From positions 1 to 64,000 of the forward strand of contig CBFFRQ010000041.1 in assembly GCA_965644315.1 (NCBI GenBank): a DNA stretch of 64,000 nucleotides, written 5' to 3'. The position numbers and the translations under genes are program-made. Of this stretch, positions 18,201 through 29,537 are shown in pieces (the stretch's first letter is position 1; each line of letters starts with the position of its first letter). The stretch is from Caecitellus pseudoparvulus. Taxonomy: Eukaryota > Protista > Bigyra: Bicosoecida. Under the pieces are notes generated by a model. The model had not been told where the DNA came from. It searched no databases and saw nothing but the letters and a program-made list of their open reading frames with translations.

Positions 18201-21200
18201 GAACTGCTGGACGAAGATGGTGACTTGGACGGAGAGGAAGTTCCTGTACTGGACACTGATGGGGTAGCCGCTGACGAAACACTACTTGTGCCGGTTGCAC
18301 TCACAGTTGGACTACCACTACTTGTGCTACTAGGTGAAAACGTCCCAGACGCCGTACCGCTCGGACTGCCCGTCACTGACGCCGTCCCGCTCACCGTCCC
18401 ACTCACACTGGGTGTCCCCGTCGCCGTGCCGCTCGCTGTGCTCGTCAAAGACGCCGTACCGCTCCCTGACGCCGTCACCGATGCCGTGCCGCTCGGACTG
18501 CCCGTCACTGACGCCGTGCCGCTCGGACTGCCCGTCACTGACGCCGTCCCGCTCACCGTCCCACTCACACTGGGTGTCCCCGTCACCGTGCCGCTCGCTG
18601 TGCTCGTCACAGACGCCGTACCGCTGCCTGACGCCGTCACCGATGCCGTGCCGCTCGGACTGCCCGTCACTGACGCCGTCCCGCTCACCGTCCCACTCAC
18701 ACTGGGTGTCCCCGTCGCCGTGCCGCTCGCTGTGCTCGTCACAGACGCCGTACCGCTGCCTGACGCCGTCACAGATGCCGTGCCGCTCGGACTGCCCGTC
18801 ACTGACGCCGTCCCGCTCACCGTCCCACTCACACTGGGTGTCCCCGTCACCGTGCCGCTCGCTGTGCTCGTCACAGACGCCGTACCGCTGCCTGACGCCG
18901 TCACCGATGCCGTGCCGCTCGGACTGCCCGTCACTGACGCCGTCCCGCTCACCGTCCCACTCACACTGGGTGTCCCCGTCACCGTGCCGCTCGCTGTGCT
19001 CGTCACAGACGCCGTACCGCTGCCTGACGCCGTCACAGATGCCGTGCCGCTCGGACTGCCCGTCACTGACGCCGTGCCGCTCGGACTGCCCGTCACTGAC
19101 GCCGTCCCGCTCACCGTCCCACTCACACTGGGTGTCCCCGTCACCGTGCCGCTCGCTGTGCTCGTCACAGACGCCGTACCGCTCCCTGACGCCGTCACCG
19201 ATGCCGTGCCGCTCGGACTGCCCGTCACTGACGCCGTCCCGCTCACCGTCCCACTCACACTGGGTGTCCCCGTCACCGTGCCGCTCGCTGTGCTCCTCAC
19301 AGACGCCGTACCGCTGCCTGACGCCGTCACCGATGCCGTGCCGCTCGGACTGCCCGTCACTGACGCCGTCCCGCTCACCGTCCCACTCACACTGGGTGTC
19401 CCCGTCGCCGTGCCGCTCGCTGTGCTCGTCACAGACGCCGTACCGCTGCCTGACGCCGTCACCGATGCCGTGCCGCTCGGACTGCCCGTCACTGACGCCG
19501 TCCCGCTCGGACTGCCCGTCACTGACGCCGTCCCGCTCACCGTCCCACTCACACTGGGTGTCCCCGTCGCCGTGCCGCTCGCTGTGCTCGTCACAGACGC
19601 CGTACCGCTGCCTGACGCCGTCACCGATGCCGTGCCGCTCGGACTGCCCGTCACTGACGCCGTCCCGCTCACCGTCCCACTCACACTGGGTGTCCCCGTC
19701 GCCGTGCCGCTCGCTGTGCTCGTCACAGACGCCGTACCGCTCCCTGACGCCGTCACCGATGCCGTGCCGCTCGGACTGCCCGTCACTGACGCCGTCCCGC
19801 TCACCGTCCCACTCACACTGGGTGTCCCCGTCGCCGTGCCGCTCGCTGTGCTCGTCACAGACGCCGTACCGCTGCCTGACGCCGTCACCGATGCCGTGCC
19901 GCTCGGACTGCCCGTCACTGACGCCGTGCCGCTCGGACTGCCCGTCACTGACGCCGTCCCGCTCACCGTCCCACTCACACTGGGTGTCCCCGTCACCGTG
20001 CCGCTCGCTGTGCTCGTCACAGACGCCGTACCGCTCCCTGACGCCGTCACCGATGCCGTGCCGCTCGGACTGCCCGTCACTGACGCCGTCCCGCTCACCG
20101 TCCCACTCACACTGGGCGTGACAGACGACGTTACACTGGAGCTAGGAGTCACTTGAGGGGTTGCAGAGTTAGAAGGCGACTTGCTTGGCGTGGGTGTTCC
20201 ACTGGCAGTGATGCTCGGAGTCTGTGAACTTGAGGGAGATACTGATGGTGTCGCAGTTGTGGTGCCTGACACTGACGGAGTGGATGACGCAGACGAAGTT
20301 TGGCTGGGTGTCACTGAAGGTGACGGGGAGAAGGAAGTTGTGGGCAAAACCGCTGTGCACACCCCTCCTGAGTGTACCGTAGCTGCTGCAGGGCATGCAG
20401 GGCCAACGCCGGACTGAAGTACTTGAGTGACTGCAGACACTCTGCCACCTTGCACCCTTTCTTCCATGAGCAATAGTTTGCCCCCTCCCACAGTTGCTGC
20501 GCCTCGCCCAAAACTGCTTTCTGCTCGGACGGGAAATGGGATGCCTGCGACCCCCTGCCGAAGCAGTTTGCCGGACGCGACAGCCCCCTCCACCCCAACT
20601 GTCATCTCCACGAACCCTCCCTCCAACCCTAAACTCGAACCCACTAAGAGACTGCTGGTGTTGTGCTCGGCATCATGGTCAAGCAGGGCCATCGCGCTGC
20701 CGAAGCTGGTCAATGACAGTTGTGGGTTTGACGTGGCATCCAGAGCGACAATCCTGGAAATAAAAGCAGCACCAAAGACGGGATCAAGTGAAAACAAGAA
20801 TATTGCTCCACCACCTTCAAGTGCACTTGGCCAAGAGGGAGCCCCCACTGCCACGCGGAAAGTCTCGGGAGCGGGTTGGGAAGGCATGAGAGCAAGTGAG
20901 GCGCCAAGCATGCTGCCTTCTGGGACGAAGGCCAGTACAGATAGGTTCTGCCACGCAAACGTGGTGGAGTTGTTGGCCTCTGCGAACGTCACTATCATGG
21001 TGTCTCCCGTGCTGTTCAATCGCCCGGGAGCACCGACGAGGAGTGAAACATTGCCCGGGCCGCCAGCAGCACCGATGGGTGCCAAAGACGAAGCGAATGC
21101 ATCGCCAGCATGCACAGAGCTGCAGCAGGCTTGAGGAGCTTGAGAAGGGTCAATTACATACAATCTTTCCACATAGACGCCCTGACCCCTGGGCAGCACG

Positions 21201-24200
21201 TACAGCGTGGCAATTGCCACAAACCCAGTCGCGCTAGAGCTCTGCCGAGGCGAGGAAGCCCCAACAGCCAAGTCTGGGACTCCATTCCCATCAAAGTCGT
21301 GTATCACTGCCAGGGAGGACGCAAACCAAACATAGGAAAGCTGGGGCGTGATGCTGGGGGGCAGCTCAAGCCACAGTGTGTGCGCTGCCCAGGCTCGCTG
21401 TTGGTCAGGCTTGGAAAACACCAGCCACACATCCCCCCGCTCGCCAGCAGAGTCCAGCCCCAGTCTCGGCAAGGCGATTGCGAAATCACCAACTCCATCA
21501 GCATTTAAATCTCCCACAGGTTGTGCAGTGGATGCAAAGGGAGAGGCTGAGTTTGGAGGTTTGCTGCTGGAATGCTGCTGCACTGCTACGAAGCCCTGGG
21601 GAAGGAACACCGGTTGGAATGGACTTGGGCAGGCCCTGGCGCGGTGCGCAGATGAGGCTTGGCATGAGTCTTCAAATTGATTGGTGGGCATTGAGGCCTC
21701 TGTCACTGAAACAGAAGAGTTCTGACCCGGGATGTAAGATGCTGATACTGCAAGCACCCTCATGGACGCTGACGGAAGAGACTCCTCCGGCACAATGTCC
21801 ACGCTGAGTCCCCAAGAAAAGGATTGATGTACACTGTCTGTGTGGATAGTGTGGATGTGCTCGCTGGCACTCTCAAGAGACCTACGGGAGACATTGTACC
21901 GCAAGCTCCAGGTGGAGCCAGAGACTCCGGAGAGGGTGCTCGTACCTGGACTAGTTCCAAGGATGTGCACCGCGCCCGCTGGGCTGCCAAGTGCTGCAAG
22001 GCTCGACCCAAACCCAGCGTGAGGAAGTAGCACTGAGCCGACGCCTCGGATACTCACTGCATCAATGTAGGTCCACGATGACGTGCTGGTAGGTTCCAGC
22101 GACCCGATGACAATGCACCCAGCACCTTGCCCAAAGCCAGGAGCGCCAACTGCAATGAAGGTCTCACTCATGCCAAGGTTGAATACAGACAGGGCACTGC
22201 CAAGGAGAGCACCTTCTAACTCCTGCCCAGGCGTGAATGTAATGTTGAGCTCGGTATAGTTATTGGCGGCTCCAACCTCATCAATTGCAGCTGATAGGAC
22301 GACACCGGAACGAGTCGCTTGGCGACTGAAGGCGGGGGCGCCAATGATGAGCTGCCCAGAATCGTCCGACACATTTCCTGGGGAAAAGGCAAGAGCTGAG
22401 CCAAAGCTGCCAGTGGTCCCCAACGATGAGTTGGTGGAGTGAAGAACAGTGCTCCATACAACTGCCCCAAACTCAGCATCAAAGAACAAAACGAATACAT
22501 CTCCACCAGGCGGCACTGCCTCTTGAGCTGTGGGTGCACCGACGGCTAAATCGACGCGGCCATCTCGGTTGAGGTCTCCAAGGGAGCAGACAGCAGCGCC
22601 AAAGCGACGGAGCGGATCCGCTGCAGCGGGGTGCCTGGTCAACAGCGTCTGCCCTGGTACGTGCAAAGTAGGACTGGTGCCAGAAATGCTCAAGAGCACG
22701 TACCCTTCCCCAGCTTGAGGCAAGCCAAGAGCCCAGTCCACCACTCCGTCTCGGTCCACGTCCCCCACGAAGGACACTGACGCTGCGCTTTCAAAAGTGT
22801 GAAATGATGCGACCACTTCATCTTGGAAGTCATACAGCCTTGTATCTGAAGCATTTGCACCGCCAAAGGTGGACGCGAGGACCCAGGTTCCTGCAAGCGA
22901 GTCTTGCACAACCATGCCGGCGGTCGCGTTGGGAGGCAGGGCGAGGATGTACCACGAGAGAGAGCCGTTGAGTGGTCTTTGCACTGCAGTTGCACTGGAG
23001 ACATCAACCAGTCCGACTTCGGCCGGTGCACTGCAATCACCCATGGTCCCGCGCAAATACCTGCGAGACACCAGCGCACCAGAGGCACTGAACCCAACCT
23101 CGGAACTCCACCCTGGCGTAGAGGATGCCAGGAGCACCCTCGCATCACCATCCTTACTCACCACTGCCGCTGACATCATGTGTCCCATCCCAACCAAGTG
23201 TCTCCAAGGAGTCAGCAAGGGCTCATTTGTGGGGGACAAAACACGCACACCCTCCAGCTCTCCTGCATCCGTCAGCCTCGCGAGCAGAATGCTGCCCGTC
23301 CCGTTGGCGCTACAGGGCATCCCAGGAGCACCTACCAGCAAGAACGTGACATTCGTCGTATGGCTGTACCATGACGCAACGGAGTGGCCCATGCGCGCCC
23401 CAGGGAGGCCAGTGACCCCAAGAGCATCACTCGTGTTGCCGAGAAAGGCGACAAGAGATGCACGAGACGCGTTCTCAAAACGAAGCCAGGCTACCCCTCC
23501 ACTGCTATCCTGCACGGAAGAGAGTGATGGCGCGCCCACGAATACTTCAGCTTCGTCCCGGCTGCCTCCGCTGCCCGGCTGGGTGGCACAAGCTGTACCC
23601 ACACCGCTCTGCAGCCCTGCCCAGGGGTTGTCGCCGAGCACCCCCGAGCCAACCTCCTCCATTCCACTCACAACAAGAGCGCCAGACCAAGTCATTCGCA
23701 TCGTGGCAAACCACAGCCCACCATCTCCACTCCCCAGGCCAGGGGAACCTATGAGCAAAGCTTGGCGGTCAGGATCACGAGTGTCCAACGGACACAGGCA
23801 AGCCCCGAACTCGTCAGCTGGCTGGACTCCCATTTGCAACACCGCCTTTGCGAGCAAAAACGGCCTCGCTTGAAAGGCATCGCCAACGTCGTCCGGAGCA
23901 AGCAGAAAGACCGCCCCTGGAAGGGTCTCGTTGAAAGGCACGAAGGACATGAAAAGGGCTCCGGTGACTGCGTTGGCCGTCGCAACGGCCGCCGGTGATC
24001 CAAAGGAGGTCAAGTTTGCAGGAAGTGACGGTCCAAGGTCACTTGTTTCGTTGACGGAATCGCACTGAGTATGGGCAGTCGTCAACGAAACTGCCGAGCT
24101 GGTCACGTTTCCTCCACTATCCTGCCCAAAGGCGAGGATGCCCGCAATCCCATTTCCGTGCACATCAACAAGAGCCACGCTCGATGTGTTGGCCAGAGTT

Positions 24201-26442
24201 TGATTATCCTTTTTGCACCCCACGGGGCCCTGTGAAGCTGCAAACCCAGGCAACCAGCTTCCGCGTCCTTGTGGACCGAGCAGACGCCCTGAGAGCACGT
24301 GCACATCAAGACCTCCCTGCTCCTGCCCCGATGGAAGCTGCATGACGACATCAGCCGCGCCATCTCCGTCGAGGTCGGCATGTAGGTGGGTGGCAGCAAG
24401 GAGGCGCGCAGAAAGAAACGTGGCGGCGTCCACGGCAGGTGCTGGGACGACGACACCCAGGCTTGTGTCGGAGAAGCCTAGCCTCCCAATCGTGGCAACC
24501 AAGCCTGAGAAACGACCTCCAAAAAGGACAACCACTCCGTGTTCTGTGTGCCCTTCGACACTTGCAAGCTGGACCAAGAATGCAACATCTGCGAAGCCAT
24601 CTGCAGAGACGTCGCCCACTCCCGCAACAGAATCAGACGAAATGTTCACCTCACCGGCGACAGCTTCAAGGTGCAAAATGGACACCTCGGAAGCAGCAAT
24701 GCTTTGCAGGCAATCGATCTGGGAGCAGTTCTGCCCTGCGATGAGAGAGAGTGCCCCCGCATGCCCGGCGGCAAGCCCGACACTCCGTGAAGAGACAGCG
24801 AAGTCGCTCACTGCGTCACCGTCAATGGTGCCAATTCGAACAACACGCTGCCCGAACTGCAGCCCTTCAAAGCTTCCACTAACTTTCCAGATGCCTTCTG
24901 AGCTGTTCGGGCCCAGCGTCGTGTGGGCTGGCCAGGACGACCTACCCGCGACAACTGTGACCTGCCCGGCTGCTCCAGATGAGGTGTTCACGGAGGGAAG
25001 ACCACAGGCAACGTCCGCGACCCCATCACCAGATACGTCCTCGACTGGTTTGCATGCAATGTGCGACACCGGTTCCGTCGGAGAGAAAGAAAAAGTGGCC
25101 ATGGCAACCGCGCCAAGTCCCGCGACTGGGTCAGCGAGCCCCTGCGCCCCAAAGAGAACTACACCGTGAAGCCCACAGCTTTCAGGAGCCAGGAAGAAAT
25201 CTTCATACCCGTCTCCATCTAGGTCTGACCCACGGTGCCAGATCCCCAGAAGCGTTGTGCAATTTAACGGGACGGGCAGATGCAAGGCGAACTGCGGCAG
25301 CTGAACGTGCTCGCGAAAACGCACGGAGGCTACCCGTCCCAGAACGACCTGCAGGTTCTCAGCCCCCAGTTGAGGGGAAACTATGAAATCCATAATGTGG
25401 TCCCCGTTCAGGTCTCCCACAGCGGTAGAGCTGAGTGTGTCATTCAGAAAGGGGGTACGCAAGAGGCCACTTCCACAGCTAACTGCCATCGAACCGACGT
25501 CAGACACAAAGACGGGGCTTGACAGCCGTCGTCGAGTACCACTCAGATGCTCATATCCTCCTGCAGTACCCTCTCTAGTACTATGGACGCAGAGCGCGAC
25601 TGCGGTGGCCGCAGTACAAGGTGCAAGAAAGGCTTCCACGGCACCTTGAACGGCTCTGCTAGCCATGGTCTGCACGCAACATGCCGCTGAAGTGCTCCGG
25701 GGGCACTCCTTGTCGATCAATGACTGCACAGCTCCTTGCAAAAAGGCACCGCCAAATGGACCTTCCCAGATGGTGGGCGGCCCGTCTCCTGGGCCCCATG
25801 CAGCCGCTCGGCGCACAGCAACCACGACCTGGACACCATCGATCGCTTGGAGGGCACCGTCGCTGACCCCGGGCTGGAACTGCTCAAGAGCTGAAACATC
25901 GGGACTTGGATGCTCGTCGAGAGCCCTATCGCTGGAACCTGCGAGGTTTCTCTGCCCCTCGCAAGCTTGGGTGTCAGAAGCGAGGCACCGAATCGAGCCT
26001 GTGCGCACCAGGCCGAGCTGCTCCAACAGCAATTCCGTCGAGTACGGCTCCGCAGTGGATGGACAGGCAAAGGGGGCCAGCCCTTCATCTTCTCCATCCA
26101 GAATCGCCACCTCGTTTGGTGTGGATGCCCTGAAACGCGCGGAAAGTGGGAAAAGGTGCTGCGCAGCGGCGTTTCGACTGGAAACGCTGGCAGTGAATGT
26201 CACCAAACGACTCACGACATGGGAGGGGATCGGTGGGATGCGTGCACCAAGTTCAGGAGATGTGCTCTCCCCTCTGTCAATGCAGATGCTGGCCGCTGGC
26301 GTGCAGTCTCTGCCTGCCTCGCCAATCCACCGGTCACAGTTCGCCCGTCGGACTGCCACACGAGCAAGTCGCCCGGCGAACGTGCACCTCGCAAAAGAGC
26401 GCAGGCTGACGCCAGGACAAGGGTCGAAACCCAGCGCCTCAT
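12215..26442 (-). CDS. Giant (~4,700 aa) cell-surface protein: signal peptide, FG-GAP/integrin-alpha-like repeats, Ser/Thr mucin-like stalk, beta-rich domains, Cys-rich region, multi-pass TM domain
   Basis: Ca-binding/FG-GAP motifs GDLNGD, DLDGDG, GDVDRDGVVD, FGAAVCSLGDLNRDGRVDLAVGAP. CxxC-rich region and several hydrophobic segments near the C-terminus. Proposed exon 1 (26388-26442, MRRWVSTLVLASACALLR) joins in frame through a 74-nt GT-AG intron (26314-26387). Confidence 0.85.
18348..20118 (-). repeat. Coding higher-order tandem repeat (30-nt and 42-nt subunits in 132/162-nt units) encoding a G/T/S/V/A mucin-like stalk
   Basis: Subunits GTASVTGSPS, GTASVTASGS, GTASVTSTAS and GT(A/V)TGTPSVSGTVS iterate roughly a dozen times with near-identical DNA. 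Confidence 0.95.
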
Positions 26443-27085
26443 CCTCAACTTAGTGGACGTCGCCGTCGGGGAAACAAGTGCGCCACGTGCTCAGCGGCTG
26501 CACGCAGGCTACGCAGTCGAAGCGGTGTTGCGGTGTGCACTCCCTGCCACTTTGGGATCGAGGCCAGGTGCAACGATGGCGAATCCCAGCACTGGAAGGC
26601 AAGAGGACACTTTCAATGAAAAGCTGTGCTAGGTTGACGTGTTTTGCTCCTTGTGCAGCGAGTTCCTGGCCTGTGAAGGGCGGGATGATTGTAGGCTTCG
26701 GAGAGGACTGTGCTCACTGCCAACTCACTCACAAACGGCGGTGACCCCAACCTCCACAGGCGGCCCCGTTGCTGGAAACGCGCACGCAGCACTTAATACG
26801 CGAAAGTTTTACCCCTCCCTGTCCGCTTCACGAGCGTGTCTTTTGAAGGCCAGGCACACTGACCCGCTGCCTTGCTGAGCGGTTTCCATCTTTGCAGCCA
26901 ACGATGAACAGCACAAACGCCTCCCACACAATGCCCCCACGAGACCACAAACCGCAATCTGGTGAGCCACCACGGAACATTTCCCTCCCTCAGCAGCAGT
27001 CTCGCCTCCACGCGCGTCTTTGTCGTAGACCGCACAGACCGCCTTGCCTACCTTTCCCCAACCGGGCACCGTAGACACCCACGGC

Positions 27086-29353
27086 ATGGCATCCGCGGCG
27101 CCTCTGCCAGTGCTGCCCCGCGCTGCGCTGCTGGCGCCATGTGGCACTCTGCCCTGGGCATCTTGGGCCGAATGGGTTGCTGTCATGGATGCGACGTGGG
27201 CCGGGGATGGCGGGCGCCTGCTGTGGGCCCTGGGCGTCATGCGGAGCTGGCGCCAGCGGTGCCGGGTGCCTGCTTGCGTGGAGGCAACCGAAATGCTGCT
27301 GTCCAACGCTGTGAGGGACAATGGTCAAGCTCACGATGAGACAGCTCTTCGCCTTGCTGGGTGCATGGCAATTTCTCGTGCCGTGAACGGAGTCGTGGAC
27401 ACCGCTGGCGGCAGGTCATCCCAGCGGTCTGTGGCCAGCGTCGCTGCCAAGCTGGGCATTCCTCGTGCTGCTGTGGATGTGCGCCACGAGAGTACCCACC
27501 AATTGCTCCCAACACTGCCGTCTCTGCGGCTTGCCCGCACTTCCATGCTAGAGTGGCTGCAGCGCGGGTACTGGCATGCCCAGTACGAGGCACTGGATGC
27601 GGAAATCGGTCGGTGTGCCGCGGCCATCCTCCCCGCACTTCAAGCTTTGTCCACAGAGGTCCGAGCTGCAGATGACTGCTCTGACATCGAAACACCCATG
27701 ACAAGTCCCCAAGTGGCTTTCAACGCTCCCTGCTCATCTGGCCCGTCAGCTTCCCGCAGCTCTGGCTCGCGGAAGAGGCGCCGGGACTCCAATGCCCCAG
27801 CAGGAGCCTGCGGCCCCCGCGAATCTTTGCAGGCCTCGAACTTTTCCCCGAGAAAGGACAGCGACGTGCTGCCTGTGCATGTCCTCACCTTGGCCAGCCT
27901 CCCTGGCACGCCAGAACACGCACACGTGTTCGCCTGCAGCAGCAGCTCGCTGCGGGGCAAGGCAGCGCTGACCAAGGATGCCGAGCTGGCCCCCACTGCG
28001 CTGGCCTCCCTCACCACCAGCGGCGGCGGTAAACGTGCTCAAGCAGCGCCCCTTCCCCGAGTTGCTGTGGTCCTGAACCCCCACACGACCAGCCCTGCCC
28101 TCGCCCTGGGGGCTGTGTTCATCCCCTTCCTCCTGACAGGCAAAGTGCAGTGCCCGGCTGACCTGGGCACTGTGGGTGTGTCACCGCCCCCACCAGTCCA
28201 CGCCGCCGACGCCTTCCTGCATGGCGTTGCAGCGGCGCAGGCCGGTGCTTCCCCAAGGGCTGCCCGCGTCAGCCGAGAGGCAGCTGTGGCCACCGGCCCT
28301 CTCCTGTCCGCCTCCCCAGCAGCATGGCTGCCAGTGCTGCACGACCTACAGAAACGCCTGCCTGCACTTGCGCCCACGCTGTGGTGCTGGGCCGTGTGTG
28401 GGCAGGTGCAGGGCGTGGACTGCCTGCCGTGGCTTCGTCTGTTGATGTCCAGGCACTGGCATGCACTGGTGCGCCACGAACTGGGGCTGGTGCAGACCGG
28501 AGCGCCTCGCAGCGCGCCCCCTCCCCCCCGGCTGAGCATTGCTGGAGAAGGCAGGTGGGTGCAGGCCCTCCTCCGTCAGGAGTGGCCCGCGGACATCGCG
28601 CAGGTCATGGCTGATCCTGCGCCGCTGCAGGCGCTGCAGCGGCGGCACGGGCCTGCCCTGCTTGCCAGCTTGTTGCTGCAAGCGCCTGCCAAAGACGAGC
28701 GTCAGCTGGAGGACGTACATGTGGTGGGGCACGGCGGTGGCGCTATGCCGTGGCAGTGGACGCTGCATACATGTGGCGCTGCGGCGCACTCCAAGGCAGG
28801 CGCTGCCGCAGTTCTGCAACTGCTCGGCGAAGCTGGGCTGTCGCCAGGCCTGGCCACGCATGCCTGGTGGAAGTCACCCATCCAGCCGCGTGGTGCCAGC
28901 ACCAAGCGCGTTGCCTTCGTGCAAGAGGGTGCCAGTGGCGCTGCTCAAGGCGTGGATGTGCCCAGTCCCATTCCGCGGGCGGCGGCGGCGGCGGCATCCA
29001 CCCCCCGCTCTCACGCGGCTGCCGCCTCCCGCGCGCCCCTCACACCTGCCTTTGACTCCACCGTCGTCCTGTCTCTGGCAGACATTGAGGGCCTCCTAGG
29101 CATGTCTCGCAGCGAGTCAAGGGAAGCACACCAGCCTGGCGACAAGCCGGAGGTGGCAGGGTCCCCCGATTCCGGTGAGCCACCAGGCACGCTCTTTGAA
29201 GCGACAGGTCCTGCAGGGCTGAACGCCACCGTTGGGGAGGTGCACAGTCCAGAACCGCCGTATTCTGGTCCCCCCCGTTGGACGGCGTGCGTGGCTTCCA
29301 CGTCAGTGTCTGATGCTGTGTGCCTAGGATTGACCATCACTGGCAGCAACTGA
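27086..29353 (+). CDS. LAS1: Las1-like HEPN ribonuclease (pre-rRNA ITS2 processing)
   Basis: PWASWAEW, WRQRCRVPACVEAT, AISRAVNGVVD, GIPRAAVDVRHESTHQLLP (HEPN RxxxxH), LEWLQRGYW. Confidence 0.85.
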   Translation: MASAAPLPVLPRAALLAPCGTLPWASWAEWVAVMDATWAGDGGRLLWALGVMRSWRQRCRVPACVEATEMLLSNAVRDNGQAHDETALRLAGCMAISRAVNGVVDTAGGRSSQRSVASVAAKLGIPRAAVDVRHESTHQLLPTLPSLRLARTSMLEWLQRGYWHAQYEALDAEIGRCAAAILPALQALSTEVRAADDCSDIETPMTSPQVAFNAPCSSGPSASRSSGSRKRRRDSNAPAGACGPRESLQASNFSPRKDSDVLPVHVLTLASLPGTPEHAHVFACSSSSLRGKAALTKDAELAPTALASLTTSGGGKRAQAAPLPRVAVVLNPHTTSPALALGAVFIPFLLTGKVQCPADLGTVGVSPPPPVHAADAFLHGVAAAQAGASPRAARVSREAAVATGPLLSASPAAWLPVLHDLQKRLPALAPTLWCWAVCGQVQGVDCLPWLRLLMSRHWHALVRHELGLVQTGAPRSAPPPPRLSIAGEGRWVQALLRQEWPADIAQVMADPAPLQALQRRHGPALLASLLLQAPAKDERQLEDVHVVGHGGGAMPWQWTLHTCGAAAHSKAGAAAVLQLLGEAGLSPGLATHAWWKSPIQPRGASTKRVAFVQEGASGAAQGVDVPSPIPRAAAAAASTPRSHAAAASRAPLTPAFDSTVVLSLADIEGLLGMSRSESREAHQPGDKPEVAGSPDSGEPPGTLFEATGPAGLNATVGEVHSPEPPYSGPPRWTACVASTSVSDAVCLGLTITGSN

Positions 29354-29537
29354 ATGCATGAATCAAGCCTGTGTCCCACATACTTGGGTCCCTGAGGAAG
29401 GCAAGCTCCGTTTTGTCAAATTCCGTGCACAGCCCTCTATTGTCAAGCTTGCCTTGTTGTCCACACTCCCTCCTCCCTGCATTATGGCAAGGCACTAGAG
29501 CTTGGAGCGACAAGCATGGCGTCCGTGCGGAAATTGA

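Noticed and set aside
18168-20156. Plus-strand 662-aa and 595-aa ORFs
   Set aside because: Antisense shadows of the stop-free coding repeat in the giant minus-strand gene.
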